Below are positions 38,057 to 51,773 of a DNA stretch of 64,000 nucleotides, one piece after another (position 1 is the stretch's first letter; every line of letters starts with the position of its first letter). The position numbers were made by a program, and so were the translations under genes. Under the pieces are notes generated by a model. That model ran no database searches. It worked only from the letters and a program-made list of their open reading frames with translations, and was not told the origin of the DNA. Source of the DNA: Octopus sinensis (taxonomy: Eukaryota); assembly GCF_006345805.1 (NCBI RefSeq), contig NC_042997.1, positions 142,042,001-142,106,000 of the forward strand, given 5' to 3'.

Positions 38057-39511
38057 CACATATATAAATATATATCTTTTTTTATTTGTTTCAGTCATTT
38101 GACTGGGGCCATGCTGGAACACTGCCTTTAGTTAAACAAATCAACCCCAGGACTTATTCTTTGTAAGCCTAGTATTTATTCTATCGCTCTCTTTTGCTGA
38201 ACTGCTAAGTTACAGGAACACCAACATTGGTTGTCAAGCAATGGTCAAGGGTCAAACACTAACACACAAATATATACATATATATATAAACAGCAAAATG
38301 TCTGTGTATCTGTGTGTCCTTTATACAAATCCACAGTTTTGCATGTAAAAGGCTCGCATTTTCTATGGGCTTTCAAAACTGTCTGAGGGTGGCTGTGAAG
38401 ATCTTTTCATTTCCCCAGTCACTCCAGAATGCTATTAAAAAAATCAATAAACCGACCCCTTATGCCCATAAGTTATGGGTATGTGGGCATTGCCAAAGTC
38501 CAATGAATATTAATTATTCTCATTATGAGCTGCAACTAGCTCATAAACAACAAAACTGGCCTGGGCTGAAATGTGATAAGAAACTTAGCTCTTGATTTAG
38601 TGAGAAATTTTTACAGCAACCCAGCAATGAACAACAAGCATTAGCACTAGACCCAGCAATACCCAGTATGTATGTCTATATTCACATGCATACAAATATA
38701 TTATGTAAATATATATATGTATGTGTGTATATTTTATTGTTGAGCCCCAGTTCAGCCCAGTTGTAGTAGATCTATAATCAAAGGCGTTTCACTCAAAACC
38801 ATTCTGTCTTTTGTCTATCAGGAACTACTCTGTCCAATATGGTCTTCTATTTTAAAGATTAATATGCGATTCAAGGGAGGTTTAGATTTTTATTCATGCA
38901 GCATTGAGTAATTATATAGAAAATTGCAGGGTATCAACAGGAATTTAAACCATCCTCCAACAATTTTAAGAAACTGTTTCTAAAATTAACAAATGATTAT
39001 TGGCTCTCTATTTTGATGGGACTTCATTTAATAGTTCTTCAAACCATTATCATGAAGTGTTGTGCAATACATTGTTTTACAGACAATTCATTACACAAAA
39101 AATAATATGAATATTTATCAACAGATAAATAAGAAAAAAATAACACTATATATTTTAACCCACTACTGAGCTTAAATATCCATTACCATATCACTGAAGG
39201 CTTTTTGGATTCAATTATTTTGCCATTTTCTGATAAACAAGAATTACCAAAAGCACTTTAATGAAACTGAAGAAAAATTAAATAAATAAAAATAAATCAA
39301 ACTGTTAAATCTAGGTATTCTTGTACATTGAACTTTATGGCAGATATCAATATATATCACACAAGGAAGCTATCCCACATTAATATATAATTATTCTCTA
39401 TACTTGTTACTGCAACATCTATGCAATGTGTCCTCCTAATGGCTTGAACTTTAAAAACAAAGGAAACATATATATCTATATCTATATCTATATCTATATA
39501 GATATATATAT

Positions 39512-39601
<90 letters not shown>

Positions 39602-40394
39602 TGATTGATATACTATTACTTTTCATTTCTGTTTCTCCAATTTTCTTTCTCCATTTTCTTCTCTCCATCTTTATTCTATATTTTAGAAGAAGAGTGTATA
39701 CTCAAAACATTAAAAACATTTCCTGTTCCCCATTTCCTGAGCATCAAAATTAATACTGACTCTGGGTTTATTGTTTATCTTGTCTTTGTGTTATATTTTT
39801 GTCACCTTTGCACTATATATATTTGTGTGTGCATGTGTGTGTGTATGTGCACACATGCGTACATGTGTGCATGTACTGTAGTTAATCAAAATCTAGAAGT
39901 GAGAGTAAATAAGATTTACATCCTTATATTTACAGCTGTTTCATAACTCGCTTTCAGTAACATCATCAATTCTGATTTTAAAGATGAGTATACATTGAAG
40001 AATGCAGTAATATTGACATGAAGCACAACTTTTCTTGGCCTTGTGACCACTACATTACATCACATTTTGAAGGCTATGTATTTTCAGTTCAAGAACAGGT
40101 AATTGCTACAAAATACCTAATCAACAAAAGAGACAGTGAAGCCCTTGGAACTCCAAGATGCAACTGAAAATAAGGATTGTGTTATATTTCTGTGGAAGAT
40201 ATCGCACATGTGATCAGTATCTATCCAAAAATGTAATCAAGGTACTACCTCCCTTTGCAACACAGCATTGTCTCAAAAACAATACACAATGTCATTTGGA
40301 AAAAGAAATATACACATATATATTTGTGTATACATATGCATGTACATATACATGCGCACACACACACACATGTACACACATATATATACATACA

Positions 40395-41310
40395 TACATA
40401 CATGCTTCACCCTCAAAAATCATAAAAAGGACTTTATAACCAAACCATCGATATGCCTCATATGCCCTACCAAATCCAACCTGGGAAGAATGAGTAAAAA
40501 TATTTTGGACAAAGTAATGCCAATTGTCAACGAGAGATTAAACGTCAACTTATGGTTCTGTACTGGTGAAGTTATAACATAGTTTCAACAAAAACTCTTA
40601 TTCTTCTCTACAATTCGATATAAATAATTACTACTCTTCTATTTCTCCCAAATTTCTTAATCAAGCTCTCCTTCTAGCTAGGAATCTAACTAACCTTAAA
40701 CCACTAGAAATTAACATAATGCTTAATGCCCATACAACCCTTATTTCTTTTGAGGACAAACTCTGGTTCCAGGCCAATCACCATAACAATACCAATAATC
40801 ATAGCAATTTATTTAACATTACCATGGGATCATCTGACTCCATCCAGATCACTGATCTTGTTGGACTATACAGACTCCAATAGCTCCAAATACATTTCAA
40901 GGGAGACCTCTACAGATGCCTTGCTAGTTACCAAGATGCCTTGCTAGTTACCAAGAGCATGAATAAATCCTCTTTAGAATGAGCTAGAAAAGATCTACAT
41001 AAATTTTTCTCTAGCCTAAACCTGTCTATTACTCTTGAAAATTCCCACAAAACTACTAACTTTTTAGACGTAACTTTAAACTTAGAAACCTTCCAATACT
41101 CCCCTTATCACAAACCTAACCAATACCTTAAACATTCGTTCCAATCATCACAAATCCATGTTCTATAACATAGTCAAGGGTATCTCAATCCATATATCTG
41201 ACCTCTCAACCACTGAGGAAATATTCAATAACCACGTACCATATTACAACCAAGTGCTCGCTGCCAGCGGTTTCTCCCAACAAATAAAATGCATCCCTAA
41301 TACTAGGCTC
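40395..41310 (+). pseudogene. Penelope-like reverse transcriptase fragment 2
   Basis: HKKDFITKPSICLICPTKSNLGRMSKNILDK; LQFDINNYYSSIS; FNITMGSSDSIQITDLVGLY; TNFLDVTLNLETFQYSPYHKPN; a 20-bp tandem duplication at about 40914-40953. Confidence 0.85.
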
Positions 41311-41344
41311 AAGCCACATGTATCTCAAATGACATTGAAATTGC

Positions 41345-42100
41345 CAAGGCTTCCACCTCACCCCACCTCATTTTTCAGACCCCAAAAGGGTTTTGCAGCA
41401 TGTTAGAAGGTCACAGGAATTCATTCAACGAAAAAAAAAATTCCAATGATTCCTGGATGGTGTGGGGAGTCCCCCTCGCTCCCCCTTTTTTTCCAAACCA
41501 AAATAAGGGGTTTGCAGCATATTAGGAGGTCAGGGTACATGATTCCATGCAAAAAATCTGAGTTTTTTTTCTTAGTGAAAATCGTGCTGGTGTTACACAA
41601 AAAATTTACCTTGATATCCCCAAAATAATCATACTTTCTGATTTTTTTAATGCTAAAAACTTTCCTGACGACCGTCTTTGTAATCTCAAAAAATATCGTA
41701 ACCATTGGTCCAGCCATGAAGAGAGAACAAAGAGATGGACAGACAGACAGACATAATGCCCATTATAGTAAGATAGAGCAAATCTGCCTATCTGTGATGG
41801 GAAATAAAGGAATAGTATTGCAAATCTAAAACCTCTAAATTCACGAACTATATGGAAGGGGGAGAGGAATCCAGAGTTAATCTTCATCGTTGGAATTTTA
41901 ACAAAAAATTCAAAGGTAATATATTAATACAAAACTAAATAATCATACTTTTTCACATTTTTTTCAGTAAAACCCTTCCTGATTACCTCCTTCGTAATCC
42001 TGAAAAACATTGTGACCATTGTTCCAGCCATTTGACTGTGAAGAGGGAAAAGACAGACAGACGGACAGACAGGCGGACATAACGCCCATTTTAGTAATTA
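41345..42100 (+). mobile_element. Two related Helitron/DINE-1-like non-autonomous elements in tandem (about 41345-41770 and 41860-42100)
   Basis: Shared AATAATCATACTTT, ACCATTG(G/T)TCCAGCCAT, (GACA)n and GCCCATT(A/T)TAGTAA 3' ends. Confidence 0.45.
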
Positions 42101-42102
42101 TA

Positions 42103-42268
<166 letters not shown>

Positions 42269-42379
42269 GACTCTACTACAGGCATACAAAAAACTTGAAA
42301 CATTTTACCCGTGCTGTCTGCGCAATATCTGCAACATAAAATAGCAAAATATGATATCCATCACTTTACTTACTTTTTA

Positions 42380-42785
42380 CTTGTACTTTTACTTGTTTCA
42401 GTCATTTGACTGTGGCTATACTGGAGCACCGCCTTTAGTTGAGCAAATCGACCCCAGGACTTATTCTTTGTAAGCCTAGTACTTATTCTATCGGTCTCTT
42501 TTGCCGAACTGCTAAGTTACAGGGATGTAAACACACCAGCATCAGTTGTCAAGCGATGTTGGGGGGGACAAACAGACACATACACACACACACACACACA
42601 CATATATATACATATATACGATGGTCTTCTTTCAGTTTCCATCTACCAAATCCACTCACAAGGCTTTGGTCGGCCTGAGGCTATAGTAGAAGACACTTTC
42701 CCAAGGTGCCACGCAGTGCGACTGAACCCAGAACCATGTGGTTGGTAAGCAAGCTACTTACCACACAGCCACTCCTACACCTATG
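42380..42785 (-). mobile_element. SINE family A, well preserved
   Basis: Reverse complement of 27548-27980. Confidence 0.85.
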
Positions 42786-42879
42786 TCAAAATTTGTCAAA
42801 ATTTTAGGAAATGGTGATATCTCCAGTATCAAAAGCATGCTGTTGAGAATTCAGTGCAGATGAGTAGGATGTGTTGTTT

Positions 42880-43150
42880 TAATTTAAGATGATTGCATTC
42901 CAAAAATTATTTTGTATGTTCAAGCAGAGGGACACTGTGGCAAAGAAAGACCCATCCTTAGATATAAGGATAAGTTAAAGCAATCACTAAAATCTCTGCA
43001 GTTTAATTTGATATCTTGGGAAAGTCATTGTCTAGATCAATCTACATGGTGTAAAATGTGTCATGATGGATCACATCTAAACAATTTGAGTTGAAACAGA
43101 AAAATAAAAGAGTTATATCCTGCAATCAACAAACACATTTGTTCAATCTC
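42880..43150 (+). pseudogene. RTE-clade LINE C-terminal fragment
   Basis: PKIILYVQAEGHCGKERPILRYKDKLKQSLK...SWESHCLDQSTW resembles GRPxxRYKDxLK...DRxxW. Confidence 0.65.
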
Positions 43151-43344
43151 AGGCAAAATCAAAATCATCTGTGTTTCCATTGGGACTTATGGCAAAATCT
43201 ATAACTGGCCTCAAATTACATTCATGCATCCATCGCATATAGGTGCAGTTTCTTTTATTTTCAGTTTCTTTTATTTTCAGTTCCCTTCTTTTCTTTCTTT
43301 TAATCCTTTCCTTCAAACGTTCATACATTGAAATCAATAGGAGT

Positions 43345-43400
43345 GACCATCATCATCATCATCATCATCATCACCATCACCACAGTCATCGGCGGTGGCG

Positions 43401-43433
<33 letters not shown>

Positions 43434-43503
43434 CCATCATCGTCATCACCATCGCCCCCACCGTCATTGTCGTCATCGTCATCATCATCATCATCATCAT
43501 CAT
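43345..43503. repeat. Degenerate (CAT/CAC/CGT)n trinucleotide repeat
   Basis: Directly visible; gives poly-His, poly-Ser and poly-Ile ORFs. Confidence 0.95.
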
Positions 43504-43895
43504 TAATATATTCTTGGAGTGGTTGGCATTACGAAGGCCATCCAATCATAAAAACCAAGCCAAAATTAGATCAGAACCTGGTGCAGCTCTCCAGCTTACC
43601 AATTCCAGTCAAACTGTCTAGCCCATACCAGCATGGAAAGTGGACACAAATGATGATGATGATGATGATGATGATTGATGTGTCTGTAATTTTGCCTTTT
43701 TCTATGTAAGAAGTCTCCCTCAAATCACACACTACTATTTCTTTTGAAAAAAAAAAAAACAGGGACACATTAAGTAATGAAAGCCTAGAGACATTATGTC
43801 TTCAAAAACAAAAATTAAACAGGATGCTCGTGGATGGAATACAATTTAATCATATGCCTACTCAGTCAATGCTGACCTGGAGCTAAACAACAACA

Positions 43896-44525
43896 ATATG
43901 AGGATGGGCTGAAAAGTTTATAGGCTAAATATGAAGGAGAGATGCTAGAGCTGTGAAAGTACTTGGTTTCAATGGCTATTGTGTATGACTGTGTCTTTGA
44001 ACTGGTTGGTCACCCTTCCTATTCTCCCGATTTGGCCCCATCTAACTATCATCTATTCCCACCATGAAAAAATACGTCACATCAGCTGATTCTTATTTCT
44101 TATTTCTTTATTGCTCACAAGGAGCTAAACATAGAGGGGACAAACAAGGACAGACAAATGAATTAAGTCGATTTCACTGGCCCCAGTGCACAACTGGTAC
44201 TTAATTTATCGACCCCGAAAGGATGAAAGGCAAAGTTGACCTCGGCAGAATTTGAGCTCAGAACGTAATAGCAGACGAAATCCCGCTAAGCATTTCGACT
44301 GATGTGCTAACATTTCTGCCAGCTCACCGCCTTCATATATTAGCTGTTGATGACTTTTTTAACCAACAAGATGAAAGTTTCTTCACCAATGGGATCCAAA
44401 CACTGCATCACCAATGGAGGAAGCATGTGGACTACAAGGGGGTCTATGTTGAAAATTAAACTTCATTTGGTCACATACCACGGGAGTATCTTGGTCAGCC
44501 TATGAACTTTTCAACCAACCCTCAC
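43896..44525 (+). mobile_element. Deleted mariner element interrupted by a SINE B (44093-44333, minus)
   Basis: TIRs GAGGATGGGCTGAAAAGTTTATAGGCT / AGCCTATGAACTTTTCAACCAACCCTC; peptide HLPYSPDLAPSNYHLFPTMKK; AT(C/T)AGCTG on both sides of the SINE. Confidence 0.8.
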
Positions 44526-44845
44526 AAACTGTTGAACTGCATCAGTTATATGATGAGTTATATTTTGATAAGTTAGTTATTCTTTTATTTGTTTCAGTCA
44601 TTTGACTGTGGCCATGGTGGTGCAATGCCTTTGGTCAAACAAATTGACAGGGCTAATCAGATGGGGTCGAATCAGGAGACTAGGGAGGGTGGCAAACCAG
44701 TTCAAAGCCAGTCACACTCATTCTTTGTAAGCCTAGTAGTTATTCCATCAGTTTCTTTTGCCGAACTGCTAATTTACGGGGATGTAAGTGCACCAACATT
44801 GTCAAGCAATGATGGTGGGTACAAATATACACAAACAAACATATA

Positions 44846-45245
44846 TCTCTGTATATATAAAGCTGAAGTTGTCTGTGTATGGCAAGTTTGGTAGCCTTCA
44901 ACTAACACTATCTCCTCTGAGACCCTGTGGCACAAGTTGACCAAAATTGAGAGTTTGATAGAAGAAGGCTTGCTGTTCCTTCCATAGAAGGAAAAATTCA
45001 AATCGGACCATGTTAACACCAAAAATTATTTACATCAAAAAGGTGCTTTTTTTCTATGAAAATCCCTATTTTTTTAACGATTTTTTTACTGCTGTGTCAT
45101 CATTTTTTGGTGTATTTCAATCAGAAAAATGTTCACTTAAAGAGAATAACAAGTTACATAATGCAAAAGTTTTACATTTCAAAAATTTCAATTCTAAAGG
45201 GTTGAAAAGAAAACAAGCCCGAGCAACACTGGGCTATGCTGCTAG
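44846..45245 (+). mobile_element. Non-autonomous Helitron inside a SINE A (44575-45432, minus)
   Basis: A|TCTCTGTATATATAAAG 5' end; GCCC-GAGCAACACT-GGGC hairpin followed by CTAG|T at the 3' end; no TSD. Confidence 0.8.
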
Positions 45246-46076
45246 TATATATATATATATATATATATATATAAGACAGGTTTCTTTTCAGTTTCTGTCT
45301 ACCAAATCCAATCACAAGGCTTTGGTCAGCCCTAGGCTATAGTAGAAGACACTTGCCCAAGGTGCTATGCAGTGGGACTGAACCCAGAACCATGTCATTG
45401 GTAAGCAAGCTATTTACCACACAGCCACTCCTCTTCAAACTATTTAATGAGTCAAGAGAAGAATGTTAATGACATTCTTATTTGTGACCTTGTAATATTT
45501 AATCATAAATTCATATTCTTCATAATATTAATTCTGTTAATTGTGATAGACTGATTAACCAGTCTATCACAATAATTCATTTATGATTAATATATGTGCG
45601 TAGAAGAAAATATTCTACATGCTAAACTTCTCATTATTATTATTATTGTTGTTGTTGTTATTATTAGTGTTATTCAGATATAAATTTAATTGTAGTGATT
45701 TATATAAAACCCTAAAGATGAATCATTGACTTCACCTGAGGTGAGCTAATATTTTTCAGGAGGGCATTAATAACACACATTAATACACAAAAATTTATGG
45801 AATATCATGCTGTATAAATCTTAGATGTTCCTGTATTTATCTTTACTTCTATCGTTTTCTTGTTTCACTCGTTACACTGTGGCCATGCTGGAGTACCACT
45901 GGAAAGAATTTTAACTGAACAAATCAACACCATTACTTATGTTTTAAAACTTGGTACTTATTTTATCAGTTTATTTTGCCAGACTGCTAAGTTACAGGTT
46001 GTCAAGTGGTGGTAGAGGACAAACACACACACACACACACACACAACACACACACACACACGCACATTTATATACA

Positions 46077-46287
46077 CACGAGGGGGTGCTGAAAAGTTTT
46101 GGGCTTTAAAGGTGTCGTGAAAGGCCTGGTTGGAAGCTTAAACTTCCAAGTTGTTTTACAGCACTAAGAAAAACTGAAGGATCACTGCAATAAGTGTGTG
46201 AATCTGAGAGGGGAATAAAATCACAATTAGCTGAGCCACCTGTATTTTCTTTTACTCAGAGCCAGGAACTTTTCAGCAACCCTCCAT
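46077..46287. mobile_element. Mariner-derived MITE
   Basis: Inverted ends GAGGGGGTGCTGAAAAGTT / AACTTTTCAGCAACCCTC. Confidence 0.7.
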
Positions 46288-46370
46288 GTGTGTGTGTGAA
46301 TATATATATACATATATAAACACACACACACACACACACACACATACATACATACACACATTCACACACA

Positions 46371-47234
46371 CAGAGTGTTTCAAAATATTTGATATCATTT
46401 GAGATGTAAATATCACAGAAACTACAGAATCAAAGCAAATGAAACTAAACAGGCTTAATGTTGAGCAACATAAGATCTATTCCTCAAAATTTGAATGAAA
46501 ATTTCAAAGGTATGTGGATTCCATGAACGATTTCACAAATTTTCAGTATGCACACTGCCTGAGACATGGCACACGTCAAGTCAGTTGTCCAGCTCCTGCG
46601 AAACACGCTGCAGCATGTCTTGGGTAACAGTCTCTAGTGTGGTAGTAATTCTCTGCTCGAGTTCCTCTAGGTTTGCAAGAAGAGGGTGGACATAGACCAG
46701 GCCCTTCATATAGCCCCATGTTTGCACTTTCACTTGTCATCTGCTGTAATGGCCTGAATGAGCTGCAGCTTGTAGGGTTTCATTAGCAAGCATTTCCTCA
46801 GGACATGCTAAACTGTCATTGGAGGAATCTGGGTTTCCAGACTTGTTCTTCTTATGAACTTCTTGAGGCTTTGGAAGAGTTTTTGGCAAACCTGCTCAAC
46901 TGTCTCTTCTAATGTTAGTGGTCGTCCAGATCCTTTTGCACTGCACATTTTTTTGTGCTGTGTCCAAATCTGCATTGCCAGTGGTGACTTTTTAGGGAAC
47001 TCACTCACAAATGTACACTGCACTGTCTTGTTCGACCGTGTTCAAGCATACTCCAATATACAAAATGCCTTTTCTCTTCCAGTGAATGTCATTTCTATAC
47101 CTGAAAAGATAAACATATCAAACATTAAACATAAAATTTTGACCTGTTTCTACACATGCTGTTTGATGTCATTTGAATAAGAACTGGCAAAGTTATTAGA
47201 TTGCAAAATGATATCAAATTTTTTGAAACACCCT
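46371..47234 (-). mobile_element. Internally deleted Tc1/mariner-superfamily element (rosa/DD41D-like by motif recall)
   Basis: TIRs CAG(A/G)GTGTTTCAAAA(T/A)ATTTGATATCATTT; peptides KGSGRPLTLEETVEQV, MKPYKLQLIQAIT and WGYMKGLVY. Confidence 0.75.
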
Positions 47235-47237
47235 GTC

Positions 47238-47272
<35 letters not shown>

Positions 47273-47558
47273 ATACATATATAAATAACAAATAAAAGAC
47301 AGAAGATGGAATATATGAGAATATATTATTAATCACAACAATTGTTTTGACACAGCATCGATTCCTTTTGTGGGACATACAAAAACTGGTACAGTAGTAT
47401 CCGGTGGTGTAGATTTATCTCATCGGGTAATAAATAAATAATAAATCTCATTAAAATGACAGTTCCATAATGCAACTTTTCATTTTGTAGAGAGAAAAAC
47501 AGCCAGACAGAGGAAAATTCTTCATATATATAGAAGATCCAAAAATAAAATTGCAGAA

Positions 47559-47600
<42 letters not shown>

Positions 47601-48539
47601 CATACACAATGGGCTTCTTTCAGTTTCTGGCTACCAAATCCACTCACAAAGCTTTGGTTAGCCTGAGGCTGTAGTAGAAGATGCCTGAGGTTCCACACAG
47701 TAGAACTGAACCCAGAACCATGTGAGTTGAAGCAAACTTCTTACCACATACCCAAGCTTGTACCATGGGGAGATATATTTAATGATTTTAGCATTATAAA
47801 AAGGTTTCAGACATATTTAGCCTTACAGCAATCTCCTAGTTGTTCAGCACCCAGTTGCTTTCTATTGTTGTAGTTGTTATTGTTATAATAATTGTTGTAG
47901 TTGAGATGTTTTTTCTTTATCTTATGGTCAGGAAGGAAGGCAGGGTCCATGACCTTTTACTGGGTCTCGGAGACATGCTGGATGGAAGCAGGGATGAAGG
48001 TATCATCAAACCAGAGATTTGGTTTGAGCACTTGCAACAGAGTGGACTCCATGAAAGGCATCCAAGGGCCAGACGGTGGTGCTGAATTGCCTGACAAAGT
48101 TTACTACTTGTAGTAATTGTTGTTATTATAATTGCTGAGAGGTAAAAAATGGGTATCATGTATCATCAAAAGTGATAGTTACGTCATATCAGTTTATTGC
48201 AGTGTTAATTTTTCTCTGATGGTAACAACCCATTCTGATCTTTTAAATATACTATCTACATAAAAATATGAAAGAGTCAATGTTTTCAAATTGTGCACCA
48301 TGGTCACTATATGAACAAAGAAAACTATGAAAACTGCTGTAATCCATAATTTCAAAAGATCACTCCAAAATATCTTTAGCATCACCACCCATCATCATCG
48401 TCGTCGTCGTCATCGTCATCGTCATCATCATCATCATTGTCATCATTTAACATCCATTTTCCATGCTGGCATGGATTTGACAGTTTGACAAGCCCCATTG
48501 AGCCAGAGGACTGCACCAAGCTCCAGTTTTTGCATTGAT

Positions 48540-49025
48540 GTGGTTTCTCGAAATCAAATTCGATGACTGGCATCCGTGCTAGTGGAGCACTAAGAGTACC
48601 ATACGAGTGAGATCATTGCCAGAGCAACAAGCTGGCCTCCATGCCGATGGCACATTAAAAACACCATTCGAACGTGATCGTTTCCTGTGTCACCTTACTA
48701 GCACTTGTGCTGGTGGCACATGAAAAAACATTCAAGCGTGGTTGTTGCCAATGCTGCTGGACTGGCTCCTGTTCATGTGGCACATAAAAAGCACCATTTG
48801 AGTGGAGCTGTTTCCAGTACAGCCTGACTGGCCCTCGTGTCAGTGACACGTAAAAGCACCCACTACACTTTTGGAGTGGTTGGCATTAGGAAGGGCATCC
48901 ATCTGTAGAAACTCTGCCAGATCAGATTGGAGTCTGGTGCAGCAATCTGGTTCACCAGACATCAGTCAAATCGTCCAACCCATGCTAGCATGGAAAGCGG
49001 ATGTTAAATGATGATGATGATGATG
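48540..49025 (+). mobile_element. RTE-tailed retroposon (family C) with about five decayed subunits
   Basis: Repeated GGCAC(A/G)TxAAAA units and (GAT)n tail. Confidence 0.75.
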
Positions 49026-49212
49026 AGTGCTCCATGACTGGTATGCTGCAACACACTGCTGTGCCACGAGGTGATGCTAGGTGTGCCACAGTGTAACCTG
49101 AATGTAATTATTTTCCCAATACTTTTAATTATATTTTTTAGTTCAGGTGTGCCGTCAAATTTTGAAAAGAATATAAGTGTACCACAAGTGAAAAAAGGTT
49201 GCAGAGCACTAC
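49025..49212. mobile_element. hAT-like MITE
   Basis: AGTGCTC...GGTTGCAGAGCACT ends and internal GGTGTGCC repeats. Confidence 0.5.
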
Positions 49213-49670
49213 TATAGCTGAATGCTCTTTCTAACACCAACCACTTACTTCACATAGTGCACTATATTGGGTGCTTTTTACATGACACTGGCACTAGAGA
49301 GGTCACTAAGTAGCTTAAAAGAAATTGTAAATTAGGGAAGTTGCTTCATTTACTTTTTATAATAAATAATAAGCTGTTTTAATACAAGTCAGCACACATG
49401 TGCTCAAGTCTCTTGTGATTTCCCATAATTCTGCTGTTAGTAATTAATGCAACAATACAAGATAATTACAAGATGTCTAATACTACAGTGATTTTTATAA
49501 CATGCTCAAAGGCATAAGCATTGTAAATATATGAAATTATAAATTGAAACTAGAGCATTGAATTAACTGGCCACAACCTTGTTGCTATTCCATAGTGAAT
49601 GTCACATATTTTAACATCTGGTCACCAATAAGTAATTAATATTCAGTTTGAATTAACATTTTTCACTTAC

Positions 49671-49799
49671 AACCAAATATATTTGCATATTGAGAACTTA
49701 GTATTGGCCCATGATACTTGCAATTAATAAGTGCATCCCACTTAATAGCCACAGTAATTATTTGAATTTCGTAATTAATTGAAGTGTTAGCCCTGTATT
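49671..49799 (-). CDS. Candidate internal exon (129 nt, phase 1-1) of an unknown gene
   Basis: Acceptor TCTTTCTTAAACAG|, donor |GTAAGTG, open frame YRANTSINYEIQIITVAIKWDALINCKYHGPILSSQYANIFG, in non-repeat sequence. Confidence 0.35.
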
Positions 49800-50525
49800 C
49801 TGTTTAAGAAAGACCAATGTATAAATGTAAATTATGATGAACTAGAATGCCGCCTGTCATATGAATGGTAACTTTGGAAGTATACTTTTGTCACCAAGGA
49901 TAATATCAGGAAATATGGCATACACTCAATAATTATAATTTAACTTTTATGACATTTCCAGGAGCTTATATAAAATGATGACATGACTACTAAGAAATTT
50001 GAAAGAAAAATATTTATCTTAAAATAAAATTAAGTAAAACAAATTCCTCTCACTACTATTCTCTTGCTTTCTCCTCCTCTTCCACCCCCTGTTTATTTTC
50101 TACTTCCTCCTCCTCCTCTTCTTTCACATGCGATCTCTATAATCTGCAAGACTTACACATGACATATTAACGTTACAAGTATTTAGTATTCATATACATA
50201 CATACATACATATGCATGCATGCGCACATGCACATACACACACATCATCATCATCATCATCATCATTATCATTGTTTTAAAGTCCACTTTTCCATGCTTA
50301 GTTTATTGAGGCAGATTTTCTGCAGAAAGATGTCCTTCCTGTCACCAACCTTTATCTGTTCTGAAGCAAGGTAATATTTGCCCAAAGCCAGACATGTTCC
50401 TGCAGAATACTGAAAATGAATGGCGCTACTTCTATGACATCAACACTCATTCACAACTATCACATGATTTCAAGACTAGGCAGTGCAAACACACACACAC
50501 ACACGCATGCATATGTATGTACGTA

Positions 50526-51773
50526 TTGGGTCATCCCATAAATAATGCAGTTTTTTTTTAATACTTCTTTTACTTTTCAAAATTAAGATAAACAAAGTTC
50601 TTTTTCAATCTAAAATATACTCTCCTTCATTTTCTGCAATGCTCTCCATTTATCTTGTAAACTTGCAAGGCCCCTCTTCCAAAATTCACTTGTTCATGAT
50701 GAAAAATACTCCTCCAGTACTGTTCTTACCTTGTCTGCAGAATTCATATTTTTTCCATCCAAATAATTTTGAAGACTGCAGAATAAATGATAATCAGATG
50801 GGGCAATGTCCAGCAAATATAATGGGAGGGGCATCGTTTCTAATTTAAATTCATCTGGCCTTTGGAATGTCATCCTTGCTGTATGTAGCCAAGCATTATC
50901 ATGATGGAAGAACACCTTTCGTCTTGAAACCAAAGACGGTCATTTTTCTTCTAGCACTGACTTAAACTGCTCAAGCTGCTCACAGTAGATTTCCTTTGTT
51001 ATCGTTTGGTTTGGGTTTAAAAGTTCAAAATGGACTAAACCTTTCATATCCCATCAAACAGATAACAGCACCTTATGTGGGCAAAGACCTTCTTTAGCCT
51101 GGAGTGCTGGTGTTTCTGCTTTCCCTACCCACTGTCTCCAGCACTTGACATTTTTATAGAGAATCCATTTCTTGTCACCAGTCACTATTCAGTCCAAAAA
51201 GGTTTGTTCATGAAATATGACAGCAAAGAAGAGCACACATTCACTCTCTGCATGCAATTAGCCTTGGAAAGTTTGTGAGGAACCCATTGACCCAATTTGC
51301 TGACTTTTCCAGTGGTAGCACAGATGTCGATGAATGATTGAATGACCAAATCCAACAGTTATGATGGGATTTTGTTCCACCAAGGTTTGTAGGACATTCT
51401 TATCAAGCCCTACAGATCTTCCAGAATGAGGTTCGTCTTCTAGGCTGTAGTTTCCGGACTGGAATTTCTGGAACCACCGTTGATACTGGCTTGCACTTAT
51501 TGTCTGATCCCCATATACTGCATTGATATTCCTTGCACTTTCCGTTGCATTGTTGCCTTTATTGATCTCATAAAGCAAAATATGCCAAATATCATAGCTT
51601 CAAAAAAATAACTGTTAAAATCAAACTGCACTCTTCAAAACTTGCATTAAGTACAATGTAAAATTACTTGCTGCTTTTATAGCAAGTTGATGCAGGTAGT
51701 TTATCCCATCTCCCTCCAACTTTTAGTTCAAGCAATTGAAAAAAAAAACTGCATTATTTATGAGATGACCCAA
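50526..51773 (-). mobile_element. Near full-length decayed mariner (DD34D-type)
   Basis: TIRs TTGGGTCATC(C/T)CATAAATAATGCAGTTTTTTT; peptides YQRWFQKFQSGNYSLEDEPHSGR, FHHDNAWLH and DIAPSDYHLF; about 1.25 kb. Confidence 0.9.

Noticed and set aside
43243-43709. Poly-His, poly-Ser and poly-Ile ORFs
   Set aside because: A (CAT)n repeat open in all frames, next to a family C element; no splice or codon support
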